DNA from: Gekko japonicus
Taxonomy: Eukaryota
Reading direction: 5' to 3'
DNA length: 64,000 nucleotides
NCBI RefSeq assembly: GCF_001447785.1
Contig: NW_015170904.1
Coordinates: 392,939-456,938, forward strand
This document shows, in pieces, positions 62,265-64,000 of the stretch (the first letter of the stretch is position 1; the number at the start of each line of letters is the position of its first letter). The notes beneath the pieces were generated by a model. It did no database searches, was not told where the DNA came from, and saw nothing but the letters and a program-made list of their open reading frames with translations. Position numbers and translations under genes: made by a program.

Positions 62265-63016
62265 TTGAATGTGTAGCTAAAGGCAGCAGTTTTTCAAAGG
62301 GATTGCTTGTAAGACTCATTCCGTAATTAAAAATTGTTCTCTGTGCTTTTACCTGCTGATGAAGCTGTGATGAGGCCCATTTTTTATGGACTGATAAAAC
62401 CAAATAATGGGGGGGGGGTGTTATTCAGTTTATAGAAATATCTTTGGAAAGCAGAGAGAAAGGGATTTTTTTCTGTTTCAGACACTAATTATTAGCACCT
62501 GCAGGTGATGATACCAGGCTGCTAGGAGAAGGTAGTCAATTCCTGTTCTATCCAGGCTGGGAATCGGTAGGATACAAAGAAAGGCCTTGAGGAGATTCTG
62601 TTTCACTGGGGTTCTTCTAACAGCAGAAGTAGTTAGCAGTGTCTACATTTTAGGTTCAGGTAGCAGAGTCAGTGGGAGCCCTTAGAGAAGGCAGATGCTA
62701 AACTGACAGAATTCAATTGTTTTTGCTACCACCATCCCCCCAAGCAGGACTTAACTAAATATATTCTGCTAGTGATGTTGGCTTGGAGCTGTGCCCTGTT
62801 ATGCCATTTTCATGGCCACTGATGATGTTCTTGAGGACCTGAAAACCTAACATTTGGGTGGGGGTGGAGAACCACTTCAGACTTTTTGCTTGAAAAACCT
62901 GAGCTCCTTCCAAGTCTGGTCTGGTGATATTCTACTCTTTGAGAATTCTCCATCATACCTTAATGTATCAGTCTTTGGGGCCTTGGAGACTAGTGGGTGG
63001 CTAAGTTATGGTTATA

Positions 63017-63350
63017 GGAGCTGTGGTGGCTCAAGTGGTTAAGAAGCTGAACTGCAGGTTATGGAAGGTTGGTAGTTCAGCAGTTCGAGACCCAATTTGC
63101 CGCATGACGGGGTGAGCTCCCATCTCTAGTTCCAGCTCCTCCCAACCTAGCAGTTCGAAAGCAAGAAATTGCAAGTAGATAAATAGGTACCACTTCAGTG
63201 GGAAGGTAACAGCGTTCCGTGCGCCTTGGTGTTTAGTCAGGCCACATGGCCACGGAAACGTCTTCGGACAGCGCTGGCTCTTCGGCTTTGAAACGGAGAT
63301 GAGCACCGCAACCCTAGAGTCGGATTCGACTGGCTTTCGAGCAAGGGAAA
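63017..63350 (+). mobile_element. Sauria SINE, near full length
   Basis: tRNA-like head; core cctagcagttcgaaagc...aagtagataaataggtaccac...gggaaggtaac; imperfect TSD aagttatggtt / aagtgatggtt. Confidence 0.9.
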
Positions 63351-63624
63351 GTGATGGTTGGAGGAGTTGTTGTCATAGATATCCAGGGGTGAAATATAGA
63401 ATTGTGATCCATAACAAACCCATTATAATACTTAAATGATGGGATAATAAAATGGTGCCCTGCAGAATCCGCTGTCTTAAACCTCTTCAGCAGTCTATAC
63501 TGAGATGCCCTTTAGATGCTATCAGACCTGCAGGGTTGTCACTGAAACATGGAAACAAGTACTTCAGTCCTTAGCAAGTGAAGTTGTGCAAGTGCATGTT
63601 AGATGGGTCATTTTAGTGATGCCA

Positions 63625-63840
63625 ATTATTTGTTAATTTATTTACTACATTTATATCCTGCCTTTCTCTCTAGTGGGGGGACGAAACAGCTTAAATCATT
63701 TTCAGCTCCTCTATTTTATCTTTACAACAACCCTGTGAGGTAGGTTTGGCTGACTGTGTGTGGCCTAGGGTCCCAGCAGAGTGAGGTTTTGTGTCTGGGT
63801 CTCCCAGATCCCAGTCTGACTACTATGCTATGATGGCTAG
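63625..63840 (-). mobile_element. Old L2-tailed tRNA SINE
   Basis: acaacaaccctgtgaggtagg core; (ttta) tail. Confidence 0.65.
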
Positions 63841-63934
63841 CTCTCAAACCCAGTGTATGCGGGACAGCCGAATACTTGTGTATGTAGGACAGCCTTGTAA
63901 ACAGTGCAAATGTTGGTGCTAACATGTATGTTTC

Positions 63935-64000
63935 AGAGCCAGTGTGGTGTAGTGGCTAAGAGCGGTGGACTCCAATGGGGAGAACCTGGCTTGATTCCTC
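63935..64000 (+). mobile_element. SINE head (runs off window)
   Basis: gagccagtgtggtgtagtggctaagagc...ggcttgattcc. Confidence 0.8.

Overview
Vertebrate nuclear DNA, almost certainly a squamate reptile and probably a gecko, judged from its repeats (Sauria SINEs, L2-tailed tRNA SINEs, 5S-derived SINEs, CR1, L2, Penelope, hAT/PIF MITEs). I cannot support any intact host protein-coding gene; the recognisable ORFs are decayed retroelement genes. The window looks like a large intron or intergenic region with repeat-poor, possibly regulatory blocks and a candidate promoter/first-exon cluster at about 48.2-49.2 kb. Most notable: (1) four non-autonomous Helitrons (19004-19969, 25125-26058, and 39541-41180 nested head-on in 39524-42005) with swapped ends, captured cargo and a shared downstream target motif; (2) a full-length, TSD-flanked, ORF1-only half-L1 (HAL1-like) element at 20564-22275; (3) a tailless 7SK RNA fragment inside the TIR of a hAT MITE that itself sits in a CR1 (55777-56175); (4) a CR1/hAT composite split into two oppositely oriented halves (2.9-5.5 kb). 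Four assembly gaps are present. Family names come from recognition of motifs, not from database searches.
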